Shown: piece by piece, positions 8,205 through 16,390 of the stretch
Position numbering within the stretch: the stretch's first letter is position 1
How the letters are laid out: every line of letters begins with the position of its first letter
DNA from: a virus
Taxonomy: Duplodnaviria; Heunggongvirae; Uroviricota; Caudoviricetes
IMG/VR virus record: IMGVR_UViG_2541047916_000004
Strand: one strand, 5' to 3'
DNA: 31,226 nucleotides
The notes under the pieces: generated by a model
The model's input: only the letters and a program-made list of their open reading frames with translations
What the model was told of the DNA's origin: nothing
Database searches by the model: none
Translations under genes and position numbers: made by a program

Positions 8205-8951
8205 ATGAAAAACATTGCGGCAGTTGGGGTTCTTGAACGTATTCGCAGACTTGCACCACAGGGGTCGGTTCCACCGTACCGGACGGTGGAGGAGTGGCGG
8301 GAATGGCAACTTGCTGAAGGACGAAAACGCAGCGAGGAGATTAACCGCCAGAATCGCCAGTTGCGGGTGGAAAAAATCCTGAATCGTTCGGGCATCCAGC
8401 CTCTGCACAGCAAATGCTCGTTTGCAAATTATCAGGTGCAGAACGACGGGCAAAAATACGCGCTGAGCCAGGCCAAATCCATAGCTGACGAACTGATGAC
8501 CGGGTGCACGAATTTTGTGTTCAGCGGTAAAACCGGCACCGGGAAAAATCACCTTGCAGCGGCGATGGGCAACCGGCTGATGGTGAAGGGGCGCAGCGTG
8601 ATTATCGTCACCGTGTCTGACGTCATGAGCGTGTTGCATGACAGCTACGACAACGGCAAATCCGGGGAAAAATTTTTACAGGAGCTTTGCGGGGTTGATT
8701 TGCTGGTCCTGGATGAAATAGGCGTTCAGCGGGAGACGAAAAACGAGCAGGTGGTATTGCACCAGATAATTGATCGCCGGACAGCATCACTGTGCAGTGT
8801 CGGGATGTTAACAAACCTGAATCATGCCGCAATGAGTACGCTTCTTGGTGAGAGGATTATGGACCGCATGACCATGAACGGTGGTCGATGGGTGACGTTT
8901 AACTGGGATAGCTGGCGTCCAAATGTCAGCAATATGAGGGTTGTGAAGTAA
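8205..8951 (+). CDS. DnaC-like helicase loader (AAA+ ATPase)
   Basis: 248-aa ORF with Walker A GKTGTGKNHLAAA and Walker B-like LLVLDEIG; immediately downstream of the O-like gene. Confidence 0.85.
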   Translation: MKNIAAVGVLERIRRLAPQGSVPPYRTVEEWREWQLAEGRKRSEEINRQNRQLRVEKILNRSGIQPLHSKCSFANYQVQNDGQKYALSQAKSIADELMTGCTNFVFSGKTGTGKNHLAAAMGNRLMVKGRSVIIVTVSDVMSVLHDSYDNGKSGEKFLQELCGVDLLVLDEIGVQRETKNEQVVLHQIIDRRTASLCSVGMLTNLNHAAMSTLLGERIMDRMTMNGGRWVTFNWDSWRPNVSNMRVVK

Positions 8952-8972
8952 TTTTGTCCGGAGGAAATTTTA

Positions 8973-9743
8973 ATGGAAACCGTATCTGACGCACTGAAAG
9001 CACTGAAAAAAGCCTCTTCACATGTGGTGGCAGCTCGCCTTGGAATCAGTCGTGAAGAGGCTGTCAACGAGCTGTGGGAACTCAAAAGAAAAGGCGTCGT
9101 TGATAAAACTGGTCACACCTGGTTTCTGGCTGGCGAAGGTGAATCCCGGGTAACCGAAGAGCGGCCAGTAAAATCTGAAGCACAGGATATGCTGACCGGG
9201 GAGGTCGAACAAAAAGTTACCGCAGACATGATGATTGAGTTTATCGGTCAGGATGGGGCTAAAACGTGTGAGGAACTGGCGGGTAAGTTCGGTGTCAGTA
9301 CTCGCAAGGTTGCTTCCACGCTGGCGGTGGTAACCGCAACGGGGCGGCTGGCACGCGTTAATCAGAACGGTAAATTTCGTTACTGCATGCCGGGCGATAA
9401 TTTACCAGCAGAGCCGAAAGCCGCGCTGGTAACGGAAAGTGATGGTAAGGCCTTTCCTCAGCCAGCAGGTGCTGCGTTACCAGTCCGGGAAGCCGCAACA
9501 CAGGAAGAAATTAAAACAGAAACTGTGGCGGACATTGTGCAGCCGTTGCCATCGTTTACCGAAACGCAAGCAGATGAGCTGATTTTTCCGTCCCTTCGCA
9601 GGGCAAACCTGGCGCTGCGCAGGGCGAAAAGTGATGTTCAGAAGTGGGAGCGAGTCTGCGCCGCGCTGCGGGAGCTGAACAAGCACCGGGATATTGTTCG
9701 ACAGATTACTGATTCTTCCCGCCGTGTTGTATCGGAAAAGTGA
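8973..9743 (+). CDS. Hypothetical protein with two winged-helix-like repeats
   Basis: 256-aa ORF with GGAGG RBS; two internally similar segments (AARLGISREEAVNELWELKRKGVVD and CEELAGKFGVSTRKVASTLAVVTATGRLARV). Confidence 0.55.
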   Translation: METVSDALKALKKASSHVVAARLGISREEAVNELWELKRKGVVDKTGHTWFLAGEGESRVTEERPVKSEAQDMLTGEVEQKVTADMMIEFIGQDGAKTCEELAGKFGVSTRKVASTLAVVTATGRLARVNQNGKFRYCMPGDNLPAEPKAALVTESDGKAFPQPAGAALPVREAATQEEIKTETVADIVQPLPSFTETQADELIFPSLRRANLALRRAKSDVQKWERVCAALRELNKHRDIVRQITDSSRRVVSEK

Positions 9744-9758
9744 TTGCCGGAGGCGCTT

Positions 9759-10184
9759 ATGGCAAAAGTATTTACACAAGAAGAGCGGGAAAAAATTAAA
9801 GGGCAGGTTGTTGAACTTGTACGTCTGAGCGGTCGCGAGACGTTGCGGCAACTGGAAGCCAGGACAGGTGCGACAAGATATCTGATGAGTGTTCTCGCCA
9901 GAGAGCTGGTTGCCAGTGGCGATGTATACAACTCTGGTTACGGGTTATTCCCGTCTGAACAGGCGCGTAAGGACTGGCAAAATGCTCGCAAAAAACTCTC
10001 AAGGGCAAAGGTGAAGAAACCTGCAGTGGTTGATCCGGACCTTATCTGGTCGTTACCAGACGGCGAAATACGCCGCTACGACAGGCGCCTGAATATAATC
10101 TGTCGCGAGTGCCGGAAGAGCGAAGCTATGCAGCGTGTACTGGCATTTTATCAAGGAAATGTTAGGTATTTTAGACGTTACTAG
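9759..10184 (+). CDS. Hypothetical protein (winged-helix-like N-terminus)
   Basis: ATG at 9759 preceded by GGAGG; about 141 aa; N-terminal segment resembles the repeats in the upstream protein. Confidence 0.5.
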   Translation: MAKVFTQEEREKIKGQVVELVRLSGRETLRQLEARTGATRYLMSVLARELVASGDVYNSGYGLFPSEQARKDWQNARKKLSRAKVKKPAVVDPDLIWSLPDGEIRRYDRRLNIICRECRKSEAMQRVLAFYQGNVRYFRRY

Positions 10185-10337
10185 ATTAAAGAGCATTAGT
10201 TCAGATGTGAATTGACATTTTCATGGCGCAGGGTAGAGCCAGCGTGGTTGTCCGCTTTGCGTCAAAACCAGATATTACCAGATTTAGACATATATTCCCG
10301 ATAGACCTGCTCTGATGCTACACTCTGTGCTATTTTC

Positions 10338-11024
10338 ATGACCCCAATAAAAATATTTATGACTATTGCTGATTTCAAACGGCCTAAATTGGAGCTCCCA
10401 AACGGGGCAAACAAACTACTACTGCACTCTTGCTGTGCTCCATGTTCCGGTGAAGTGATGGAGGCGCTTCAGGCCTCGGGAATCGACTACACCATCTTTT
10501 TCTACAACCCGAACATTCATCCTCAGAAAGAGTATTTAATTCGTAAGGATGAAAATATTCGCTTTGCTGAACAACACGGCGTGCCGTTTATCGATGCTGA
10601 TTACGACACCGACAACTGGTTTGAACGTGCCAAAGGAATGGAATGGGAGCCTGAGAGGGGGATCCGTTGTACCATGTGTTTTGACATGCGTTTTGAGCGG
10701 ACAGCGTTGTACGCTGCTGAAAATGGTTTCAGTGTGATCAGCAGTTCACTGGGCATTTCACGCTGGAAAAATATGCAGCAGGTTAACGAGTGTGGGCGGC
10801 GAGCTGTTGCGCATTATCCGGGTATGGTGTACTGGGATTATAACTGGCGCAAGCAGGGCGGCTCGTCCCGTATGATTGAAATCAGCAAGCGCGAAAAATT
10901 CTATCAGCAGGAATATTGTGGCTGTGTGTATTCTCTGCGCGATACCAATCTACACCGCAAATCTCAGGGACGCCCTCTTATCAAAATTGGCCAACTCCAC
11001 TACGGAAAAGAAGAGAAGGAGTGA
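10338..11024 (+). CDS. queH: QueH-like (DUF208) putative epoxyqueuosine reductase
   Basis: 228-aa ORF with N-terminal [11 protein letters not shown] and C-terminal YCGCVYS cysteine motifs characteristic of QueH/DUF208 Fe-S proteins; assigned from motif recollection, not a search. Confidence 0.7.
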   Translation: MTPIKIFMTIADFKRPKLELPNGANKLLLHSCCAPCSGEVMEALQASGIDYTIFFYNPNIHPQKEYLIRKDENIRFAEQHGVPFIDADYDTDNWFERAKGMEWEPERGIRCTMCFDMRFERTALYAAENGFSVISSSLGISRWKNMQQVNECGRRAVAHYPGMVYWDYNWRKQGGSSRMIEISKREKFYQQEYCGCVYSLRDTNLHRKSQGRPLIKIGQLHYGKEEKE

Positions 11025-11261
11025 TTTTATGGATCACCTTTCTGATTGATTTCATATTGGCGAGGTGACGTGAGTTAAGTAGAATGGCTGCGGGTGCTTG
11101 AGGCTATCTGTCTCAGGCATGAACACTGAAAGGCAGATAGAGAAAAGCCCCAGTTAACATTTCGCGTCCTGCAAGACGCTTAACATTAATCTGAGGCCCA
11201 ATCTATGTCTCACAAATGTAGGTTAGCCTCTTACGTGCCGAAAGGCAAGGGGAAGCAGGCT

Positions 11262-11417
11262 ATGAAGCAGCAAAAGGCGATGTTAATCGCCCTGATCGTC
11301 ATCTGTTTAACCGTCATAGTGACGGCACTGGTAACGAGGAAAGACCTCTGCGAGGTACGACTCCGAACCGGCCAGACGGAGGTCGCTGTCTTCACAGCTT
11401 ACGAACCTGAGGAGTAA
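11262..11417 (+). CDS. hok: Hok/Gef family type I toxin
   Basis: 51-aa peptide MKQQKAMLIALIVICLTVIVTALVTRKDLCEVRLRTGQTEVAVFTAYEPEE, near-identical to Hok/RelF-family toxins; the longer in-frame ORF from 11205 is probably an artefactual extension. Confidence 0.85.
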   Translation: MKQQKAMLIALIVICLTVIVTALVTRKDLCEVRLRTGQTEVAVFTAYEPEE

Positions 11418-11485
11418 GAGACCTGGCGGGGGAGAAATCCCTCGCCACCTCTGATGTGTCAGGCATCCTCAACGCACCCGCACTT

Positions 11486-11513
11486 AACCCGCTTCGGCGG
11501 GTTTTGTTTTTTT
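11486..11513 (+). terminator. Rho-independent terminator downstream of hok
   Basis: ACCCGC-TTCG-GCGGGT stem-loop followed by a T-run (TTTTGTTTTTTT). Confidence 0.55.
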
Positions 11514-11584
11514 CTGGCATTCTGGTTTACAATTCGCACGTCAGCCTGAACACCTGACACCTGCTGCGCCAGCAGAGAAAACAG

Positions 11585-11857
11585 ATGGCGCACAAAACCA
11601 AATTTCACAATTCTGATACCGACCTTGCCATCCGGCATGGGCGGCGTTCACACGCATTTAAAACCGACTGGTACCAACACCCACCATGTACTGAAGAACA
11701 GGCCGAATGGCTAATTCATAACTACCGCAGACGCGGATACGAGATTAAGAAAGCCCTCAGCCTCGATTATCGTCACTGGATAATCTCCGTCAGGCTTCCT
11801 TACTCTGAACGCCCACCGCGTCCGTCCCGCACATTCCAGCAACGCATCTGGAGGTAA
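11585..11857 (+). CDS. Hypothetical protein
   Basis: 90-aa ORF whose TAA stop lies inside the GGAGG RBS of the next gene (translational coupling). Confidence 0.45.
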   Translation: MAHKTKFHNSDTDLAIRHGRRSHAFKTDWYQHPPCTEEQAEWLIHNYRRRGYEIKKALSLDYRHWIISVRLPYSERPPRPSRTFQQRIWR

Positions 11858-11858
11858 C

Positions 11859-12914
11859 GTGCGGGTATTACTTCGACCTGTTCTGGTACCGGAACTCGGG
11901 CTGGTGATCGTTAAGCCGGGCCGTGAATCCATGCCGGTATTCCACAATACCCGGGTACTGGTGGAGCCGGAACCGAAAAGCATGCGTAATCTGCCGTCCG
12001 GGGTCGTTCCTGCCGTTCGCCAGCCGCTGGCGGAGGATAAATCATTACTGCCATTTTTCAGCGACGAACGAGTGATTCGTGCTGCTGGTGGCGCTGGCGC
12101 ATTGTCTGACTGGTTACTGCGCCATGTTAAATCCTGCCAGTGGCCACACGGCGATTATCACCACAGTGAAACCGTCATTCACCGTTATGGTACCGGCGCA
12201 ATGGTGTTGTGCTGGCACTGCGACAACCAGCTGCGCGACCAGACCTCCGAATCACTCGGGCAACTTGCTCACCAAAACCTGTCTGCATGGATGATTGACG
12301 TCATACGCCATGCAATGAATGGCTCGCAGGAACGGGAATTATCGCTGGCTGAATTATCCTGGTGGGCGGTCCGCAATCAGGTGGCGGACGCGCTACCGGA
12401 AGCGGTATTACGTCGTTCGCTGGGGTTGCGTGCGGAAAAAATCCGCTCAATGTACCGTGAAAGCGACATCGTACCGGGAGAGCAGACCGCCACCAGCATA
12501 CTGAAGCAGCGCACAAAAAATCTTGCGCCGCTGCCTCACGCCCACCAGCAAAACCCGCCACAGGAAAAGACGGTGGTCAGCATTGCCGTTGATCCGGAGT
12601 CACCGGCTCAGTATCTCCAGCGCCAGAAATCACAACGGGAAGAGATGCCTGTATACACGCGTTGGGTAAAAACGCAGAAATGCATGACGTGTGGCAATCA
12701 GGCAGATGATCCGCATCACATCATTGGTCATGGACTGGGAGGGATGGGAACAAAGGCTGATGATTTGTTTGTTATTCCGCTGTGCCGTAAATGCCATAGC
12801 GAACTACACGCCGGGGTAAAAGATTTTGAAGAAAAACACGGCAGCCAGCTGTTGTTGCTGATTCGTTTTTTAATGCACGCGAGAAATTCGGGTGTTCTGA
12901 AGTGGAAAGCATAA
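11859..12914 (+). CDS. DUF968-like protein with C-terminal HNH-like Cys/His motif
   Basis: GTG start with GGAGG 4 nt upstream; 351 aa; C-terminus CMTCG...DPHHIIGHG...LCRKCHSELH resembles an HNH/zinc-binding nuclease fold; sits directly upstream of rusA. Confidence 0.6.
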   Translation: MRVLLRPVLVPELGLVIVKPGRESMPVFHNTRVLVEPEPKSMRNLPSGVVPAVRQPLAEDKSLLPFFSDERVIRAAGGAGALSDWLLRHVKSCQWPHGDYHHSETVIHRYGTGAMVLCWHCDNQLRDQTSESLGQLAHQNLSAWMIDVIRHAMNGSQERELSLAELSWWAVRNQVADALPEAVLRRSLGLRAEKIRSMYRESDIVPGEQTATSILKQRTKNLAPLPHAHQQNPPQEKTVVSIAVDPESPAQYLQRQKSQREEMPVYTRWVKTQKCMTCGNQADDPHHIIGHGLGGMGTKADDLFVIPLCRKCHSELHAGVKDFEEKHGSQLLLLIRFLMHARNSGVLKWKA

Positions 12915-13280
12915 ATGACTGAACGCATAGAATTTGTTTTGCCTTACCCGCCAACGGTGAACACTTACTGGCGACGTCGTGGCAGCACATATTTTGTATC
13001 AAAAGTCGGTGAGCGTTATCGCCGTGATGTGGCGCTTATTGTTCGCCAGCAGCAACTGAAATTAAACCTGTCCGGAAGGCCGGCAATAGAAATTATTGCA
13101 GAGCCACCGGATAAGCGCCGTCGTGACCTGGACAATATCCTGAAGGCACCACTGGATGTACTGACGCATGCGGGGCTGCTCATAGACGACGAGCAGTTTG
13201 ATGAAATTAATATTGTGCGCGGTCAGCTTGTTCCTGGTGGGCGGTTGGGGATAAAAATCACAGAACTGGAGTACGCATGA
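12915..13280 (+). CDS. rusA: RusA Holliday-junction resolvase
   Basis: 121-aa ORF with the RusA-family pattern (YWRRRG... PPDKRRRDLDNILKAPLDVLTHAGLLIDDEQ...GGRLGIKITELE). Confidence 0.9.
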   Translation: MTERIEFVLPYPPTVNTYWRRRGSTYFVSKVGERYRRDVALIVRQQQLKLNLSGRPAIEIIAEPPDKRRRDLDNILKAPLDVLTHAGLLIDDEQFDEINIVRGQLVPGGRLGIKITELEYA

Positions 13281-13966
13281 ATAACCAGTATTTACAGTTT
13301 GTTCGTGAGCAACTCATGATTGCCACCGCCGATTTGAGTGGATCAACAAAAGGGCAGCTTGAGGCCTGGCAGGAGAATGCCATGTTTGATACAGGGCGTT
13401 ACAGGCGTAAAAAAATCCGGTACCGCGATGAAGTGACTGGAAAAATGATAACGCGGGATAATCCACCAATCCCGGGAAAGCAATCGCTGGCGAAGGGGGT
13501 GTCAATTCCTCTCGTCAGTCCGGTTGAGTTTTCGACATCATCGTGGCGGCGGGCTGTTCTGTCTCTTGAAGAACATCATAAAGCCTGGTTGTTGTGGTGT
13601 TACAGCGGGAGTATTTGTTGGGAATATCAGATCGCGATAACGCAGTGGGTGTGGAATGAATTTAAAACCCGGTACGGCACCAGAAAAATTGCAGGGAAAA
13701 CGCAGGAGCGCGTGAAGAAGTTGATCTGGCTGGCGGCACAGGATGTCAGAGGATGGATTACCGGGTGTGAGGTCTACCAGAGACAGGAGCTTGCCAGACT
13801 GTGTGGAGTTAAGCCTGATAACTGGAGCCATAATTATGCGAACTACTGGCGTGAGATGTGCGATATTTTTAAGAGTCTCGATAGAGAATCTGTGATTTGC
13901 ACCGTGAAAATAAGAGCGCAACAAAAAGCGACTTTTTCACGACGAGATATTGCAAAAGTCAATTAA
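13277..13966 (+). CDS. Q: Late-gene antiterminator Q-like protein
   Basis: 229-aa ORF coupled to rusA by ATGA overlap; conserved lambdoid position just upstream of a terminator and the late region; contains Cys/His-rich segment. Confidence 0.65.
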   Translation: MNNQYLQFVREQLMIATADLSGSTKGQLEAWQENAMFDTGRYRRKKIRYRDEVTGKMITRDNPPIPGKQSLAKGVSIPLVSPVEFSTSSWRRAVLSLEEHHKAWLLWCYSGSICWEYQIAITQWVWNEFKTRYGTRKIAGKTQERVKKLIWLAAQDVRGWITGCEVYQRQELARLCGVKPDNWSHNYANYWREMCDIFKSLDRESVICTVKIRAQQKATFSRRDIAKVN

Positions 13967-14033
13967 ATAGCGTACGCTTCGTATAAATCTGATATTTTGC
14001 CGATTTTGTACGCGATGGCAAAGTAAGAAAAAA

Positions 14034-14059
14034 AACTGCCGTCAGGCGGTTTTTTTTTA
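14034..14059 (+). terminator. Rho-independent terminator (tR'-like) just downstream of Q
   Basis: CTGCC-GTCA-GGCGG stem-loop followed by TTTTTTTTT. Confidence 0.55.
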
Positions 14060-14180
14060 TGCCCAAAATCGCGTCAGTACAGTAAACACGCTGGTGGTTG
14101 CGAATACGGGTCTTTCAGCTTGCTGGCTTTTTCGACAAGAGTTATTGGTATGTCACGTTAACCGGAAAAAGGAAAAAGAC

Positions 14181-14378
14181 ATGCTAAAACAGCAGGATAT
14201 GACAGAAACCGCCAGAGTGGTGTTTAATGAATTAAGCGTTACCGAACCGGCGACAGTCGGGGAGATAGCGCAGAATACTTACCTTTCACGCGAACGCTGC
14301 CAGTTAATACTGACCCAGCTGGTTATGGCGGGTCTGGCAGACTATCAGTTCGGTTGTTACAGACGCCTTCAGTCCTGA
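14181..14378 (+). CDS. Hypothetical small protein
   Basis: 66 aa from ATG 14181 (AAGGAAAAAG upstream); stop lies within a downstream hairpin/T-run; bracketed by two terminators. Confidence 0.4.
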   Translation: MLKQQDMTETARVVFNELSVTEPATVGEIAQNTYLSRERCQLILTQLVMAGLADYQFGCYRRLQS

Positions 14379-14392
14379 AGGCTTTTTTATTT
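14364..14392 (+). terminator. Rho-independent terminator
   Basis: GCCTTCAG-TC-CTGAAGGC perfect inverted repeat followed by TTTTTTATTT. Confidence 0.5.
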
Positions 14393-14528
14393 GTGGTAAA
14401 TGGGCGGCTGGTGGGTGTTAGGGGCACCCACCAGCCATCTGCTCATGCGTTGGGTTCACAAGCAAACCTCAGGCCCACTGCTTTGCGCAAAAGCAGAATG
14501 AGCCTATCAGAGACAGGCTTAATGATCC

Positions 14529-15578
14529 ATGCTTAATACTGTAAAAATATCCAGTTGTGAGTTAATCAACGCCGACTGCCTGGAATTTATCCGGTCGTTA
14601 CCCGAAAATTCTGTTGACCTGATAGTCACGGACCCGCCGTACTTTAAAGTGAAGCCTGAGGGCTGGGATAACCAGTGGAAGGGCGACGATGATTACCTGA
14701 AGTGGCTGGACCAGTGTCTGGCGCAGTTCTGGCGGGTGCTGAAACCTGTCGGAAGTCTTTACCTGTTCTGTGGTCATCGCCTGGCATCTGATATCGAAAT
14801 CATGATGCGTGAACGCTTCAGTGTGCTGAACCATATTATCTGGGCGAAGCCGTCCGGACGCTGGAACGGATGCAACAAGGAAAGCCTGCGGGCGTATTTC
14901 CCCGCCACAGAGCGCATTCTGTTCGCGGAACATTATCAGGGGCCGTATCGTCCGAAAGATGCCGGGTATGCGGCGAAGGGCAGTGCACTGAAACAGCATG
15001 TGATGGCCCCGCTGATTTCTTACTTTCGTGATGCGCGCGCTGCCCTGGGGATAACGGCAAAACAGATTGCAGATGCCACAGGAAAGAAAAACATGGTGTC
15101 GCACTGGTTCAGTGCCAGTCAGTGGCAGCTACCGAACGAAAGCGATTATCTGAAATTACAGTCGCTGTTTGCCCGGGTGGCAGAAGAGAAACATCAGCGC
15201 GGTGAACTGGAAAAGCCCCACCACCAGCTGGTGGATACGTATACGTCACTGAACCGGCAGTATGTGGAGCTGCAGAGTGAATATAAGCATCTGCGGCGGT
15301 ATTTTGGTGTGACGGCGCAGGTGCCGTACACGGATGTGTGGACACATAAACCGGTGCAGTTCTATCCCGGGAAACATCCGTGCGAAAAACCGGCAGAAAT
15401 GCTGCAGCAGATAATCAGCGCAAGCAGTCGTCCGGGTGACCTGGTTGCAGATTTTTTTATGGGCTCAGGTTCAACGGTAAAAGCGGCACTGGCGCTTGGG
15501 CGTCGTGCGATTGGCGTTGAACTGGAGACCGGACGTTTTGAGCAGACAGTCAGGGAAGTTCAGGATTTAATCGTTTGA
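14529..15578 (+). CDS. Orphan DNA methyltransferase (beta-class N6-adenine or N4-cytosine)
   Basis: 349-aa ORF; DPPY catalytic motif near the N-terminus (LIVTDPPYF) and FxGxG AdoMet motif near the C-terminus (DFFMGSGST); no adjacent restriction endonuclease ORF. Confidence 0.85.
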   Translation: MLNTVKISSCELINADCLEFIRSLPENSVDLIVTDPPYFKVKPEGWDNQWKGDDDYLKWLDQCLAQFWRVLKPVGSLYLFCGHRLASDIEIMMRERFSVLNHIIWAKPSGRWNGCNKESLRAYFPATERILFAEHYQGPYRPKDAGYAAKGSALKQHVMAPLISYFRDARAALGITAKQIADATGKKNMVSHWFSASQWQLPNESDYLKLQSLFARVAEEKHQRGELEKPHHQLVDTYTSLNRQYVELQSEYKHLRRYFGVTAQVPYTDVWTHKPVQFYPGKHPCEKPAEMLQQIISASSRPGDLVADFFMGSGSTVKAALALGRRAIGVELETGRFEQTVREVQDLIV

Positions 15579-15627
15579 AACGGATGAGATTGCAGAATTA
15601 ATTACGCACCATTATTATTCTGCTCCC

Positions 15628-15703
15628 GGCCCTTTAGCTCAGTGGTGAGAGCGAGCGACTCATAATCGCCAGGTCGCTGGTTCAAATCCAGCAAGGGCCA
15701 CCA
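15628..15703 (+). tRNA. tRNA-Ile2-like (anticodon CAU; ileX/ileZ-type)
   Basis: 76 nt cloverleaf: acceptor GGCCCTT/AAGGGCC, D-arm AGCTCAGTGGTGAGAGC, anticodon loop CTCATAA, T-loop TTCAAAT, ACCA tail; closely resembles E. coli ileX. Confidence 0.85.
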
Positions 15704-15710
15704 TCACATA

Positions 15711-15787
15711 CCGCCATTAGCTCATCAGGAAAGAGCGCCAGCTTTCGAAGCTGGTTGCGCGGAGTTCGGGTCCCCGAAGGCGGTCCA
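15711..15787 (+). tRNA. tRNA-Arg(UCG)-like, possibly degenerate
   Basis: D-arm GCTC...GAGC and anticodon stem-loop CCAGC-TTTCGAA-GCTGG are clean; acceptor stem has one mismatch and the T-arm is non-canonical (loop TTCGGGT, mismatched stem). Confidence 0.45.
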
Positions 15788-15800
15788 TTATCTGTATCCT

Positions 15801-15877
15801 GCGTTGTTAGCTCAGCCGGACAGAGCAATTGCCTTCTAAGCAATCGGTCACTGGTTCGAATCCAGTACAACGCGCCA
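15801..15877 (+). tRNA. tRNA-Arg (anticodon UCU)
   Basis: 77 nt: acceptor GCGTTGT/ACAACGC, D-arm GCTC...GAGC, anticodon stem-loop ATTGC-CTTCTAA-GCAAT, T-arm ACTGG-TTCGAAT-CCAGT, GCCA tail. Confidence 0.85.
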
Positions 15878-15892
15878 CACTTATTTTCCCTG

Positions 15893-15918
15893 GCTCGCTT
15901 TTGCGGGCTTTTTTTAAA
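15893..15918 (+). terminator. Possible terminator after the tRNA cluster
   Basis: GGCTCGC-TTTT-GCGGGCT imperfect hairpin (G-U wobbles) followed by TTTTTTT. Confidence 0.35.
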
Positions 15919-15920
15919 TG

Positions 15921-16142
15921 TCTCACAATTCAGGCGGTTGACTGTTGTCTGGTTTGCGGGGAGTTTGTTAAAAGAAACTGGCATGGTGAATCCCCCTGTG
16001 CGGAGGGGCAATCAGCGAGTAGGTATATGGGATAATCGCGGATTCAGGTGCTGGTACTGAATTCACCGGGAGGCACCCGGCACCATGCAATGGCACATAG
16101 CGCCACTCTCCAGCCCCTCTCCGGAGGGGCTTTTCTGTGCCG
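15921..16142 (+). repeat. Copy A of a tandem paralogous hairpin-rich element (candidate sRNA unit)
   Basis: Shares with copy B the blocks CTCACAATTCAG..GTTGAC, GCATGGTGAATCCCCCTG(T/A)GCGGAGGGGC, GGTATA..ATAATC, TGAA(T/C)TCACCGGGAGGCACCCGGCACCATG and AGCCCCTCTCCGGAGGGGCTTT (terminator-like hairpin plus T-run); sequence between blocks differs. Confidence 0.45.
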
Positions 16143-16324
16143 GATACATCACAGTTTCTGGAACCTTAGGTACTACAGTATCAGTCAGGGTGCTATATTT
16201 TCAGATGTGATGAAAGCCTGTCAGCAGGCAGGGCGTATCGGAAATGACCCAGTAGAGAAAACGTTGACTCAGATACCGGTGCTGAGTTACCGGGAAACCG
16301 GCATCACATGACCGCTATCCTTCC

Positions 16325-16352
16325 AGGCCCATCCGCTCCGGTGGGCCTTTTT
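16325..16352 (+). terminator. Rho-independent terminator-like hairpin between the two repeat copies
   Basis: AGGCCCA-TCCGCTCCGG-TGGGCCT followed by TTTTT. Confidence 0.45.
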
Positions 16353-16390
16353 ACTGCAGAAAACAGGTTCCCCGTTAAATGCTATGTTGC

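Noticed and set aside
7791-8639. 282-aa minus-strand ORF
   Set aside because: Antisense to the O-like and DnaC-like genes, which have clear motifs and coupling; His/Pro/Arg-rich low-complexity translation typical of antisense frames in GC-rich coding DNA.
11205-11417. 70-aa ORF as the hok gene
   Set aside because: The Hok family peptide begins at MKQQKAM (ATG 11262, 51 aa); the upstream extension is not part of the toxin, though it may reflect leader-region translation.
14598-15345. Minus-strand ORFs of 168, 74 and 78 aa inside the methyltransferase gene
   Set aside because: Antisense to a motif-supported methyltransferase ORF; no independent support.
16048-16311. 87-aa ORF running through copy A of the tandem element
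   Set aside because: It reads straight through terminator-like hairpins, and the corresponding frame in copy B is not conserved (different peptide, early stop). Conservation is at the DNA/RNA structure level. A short leader peptide cannot be fully excluded because GGGAGG-N11-ATG is conserved in both copies.
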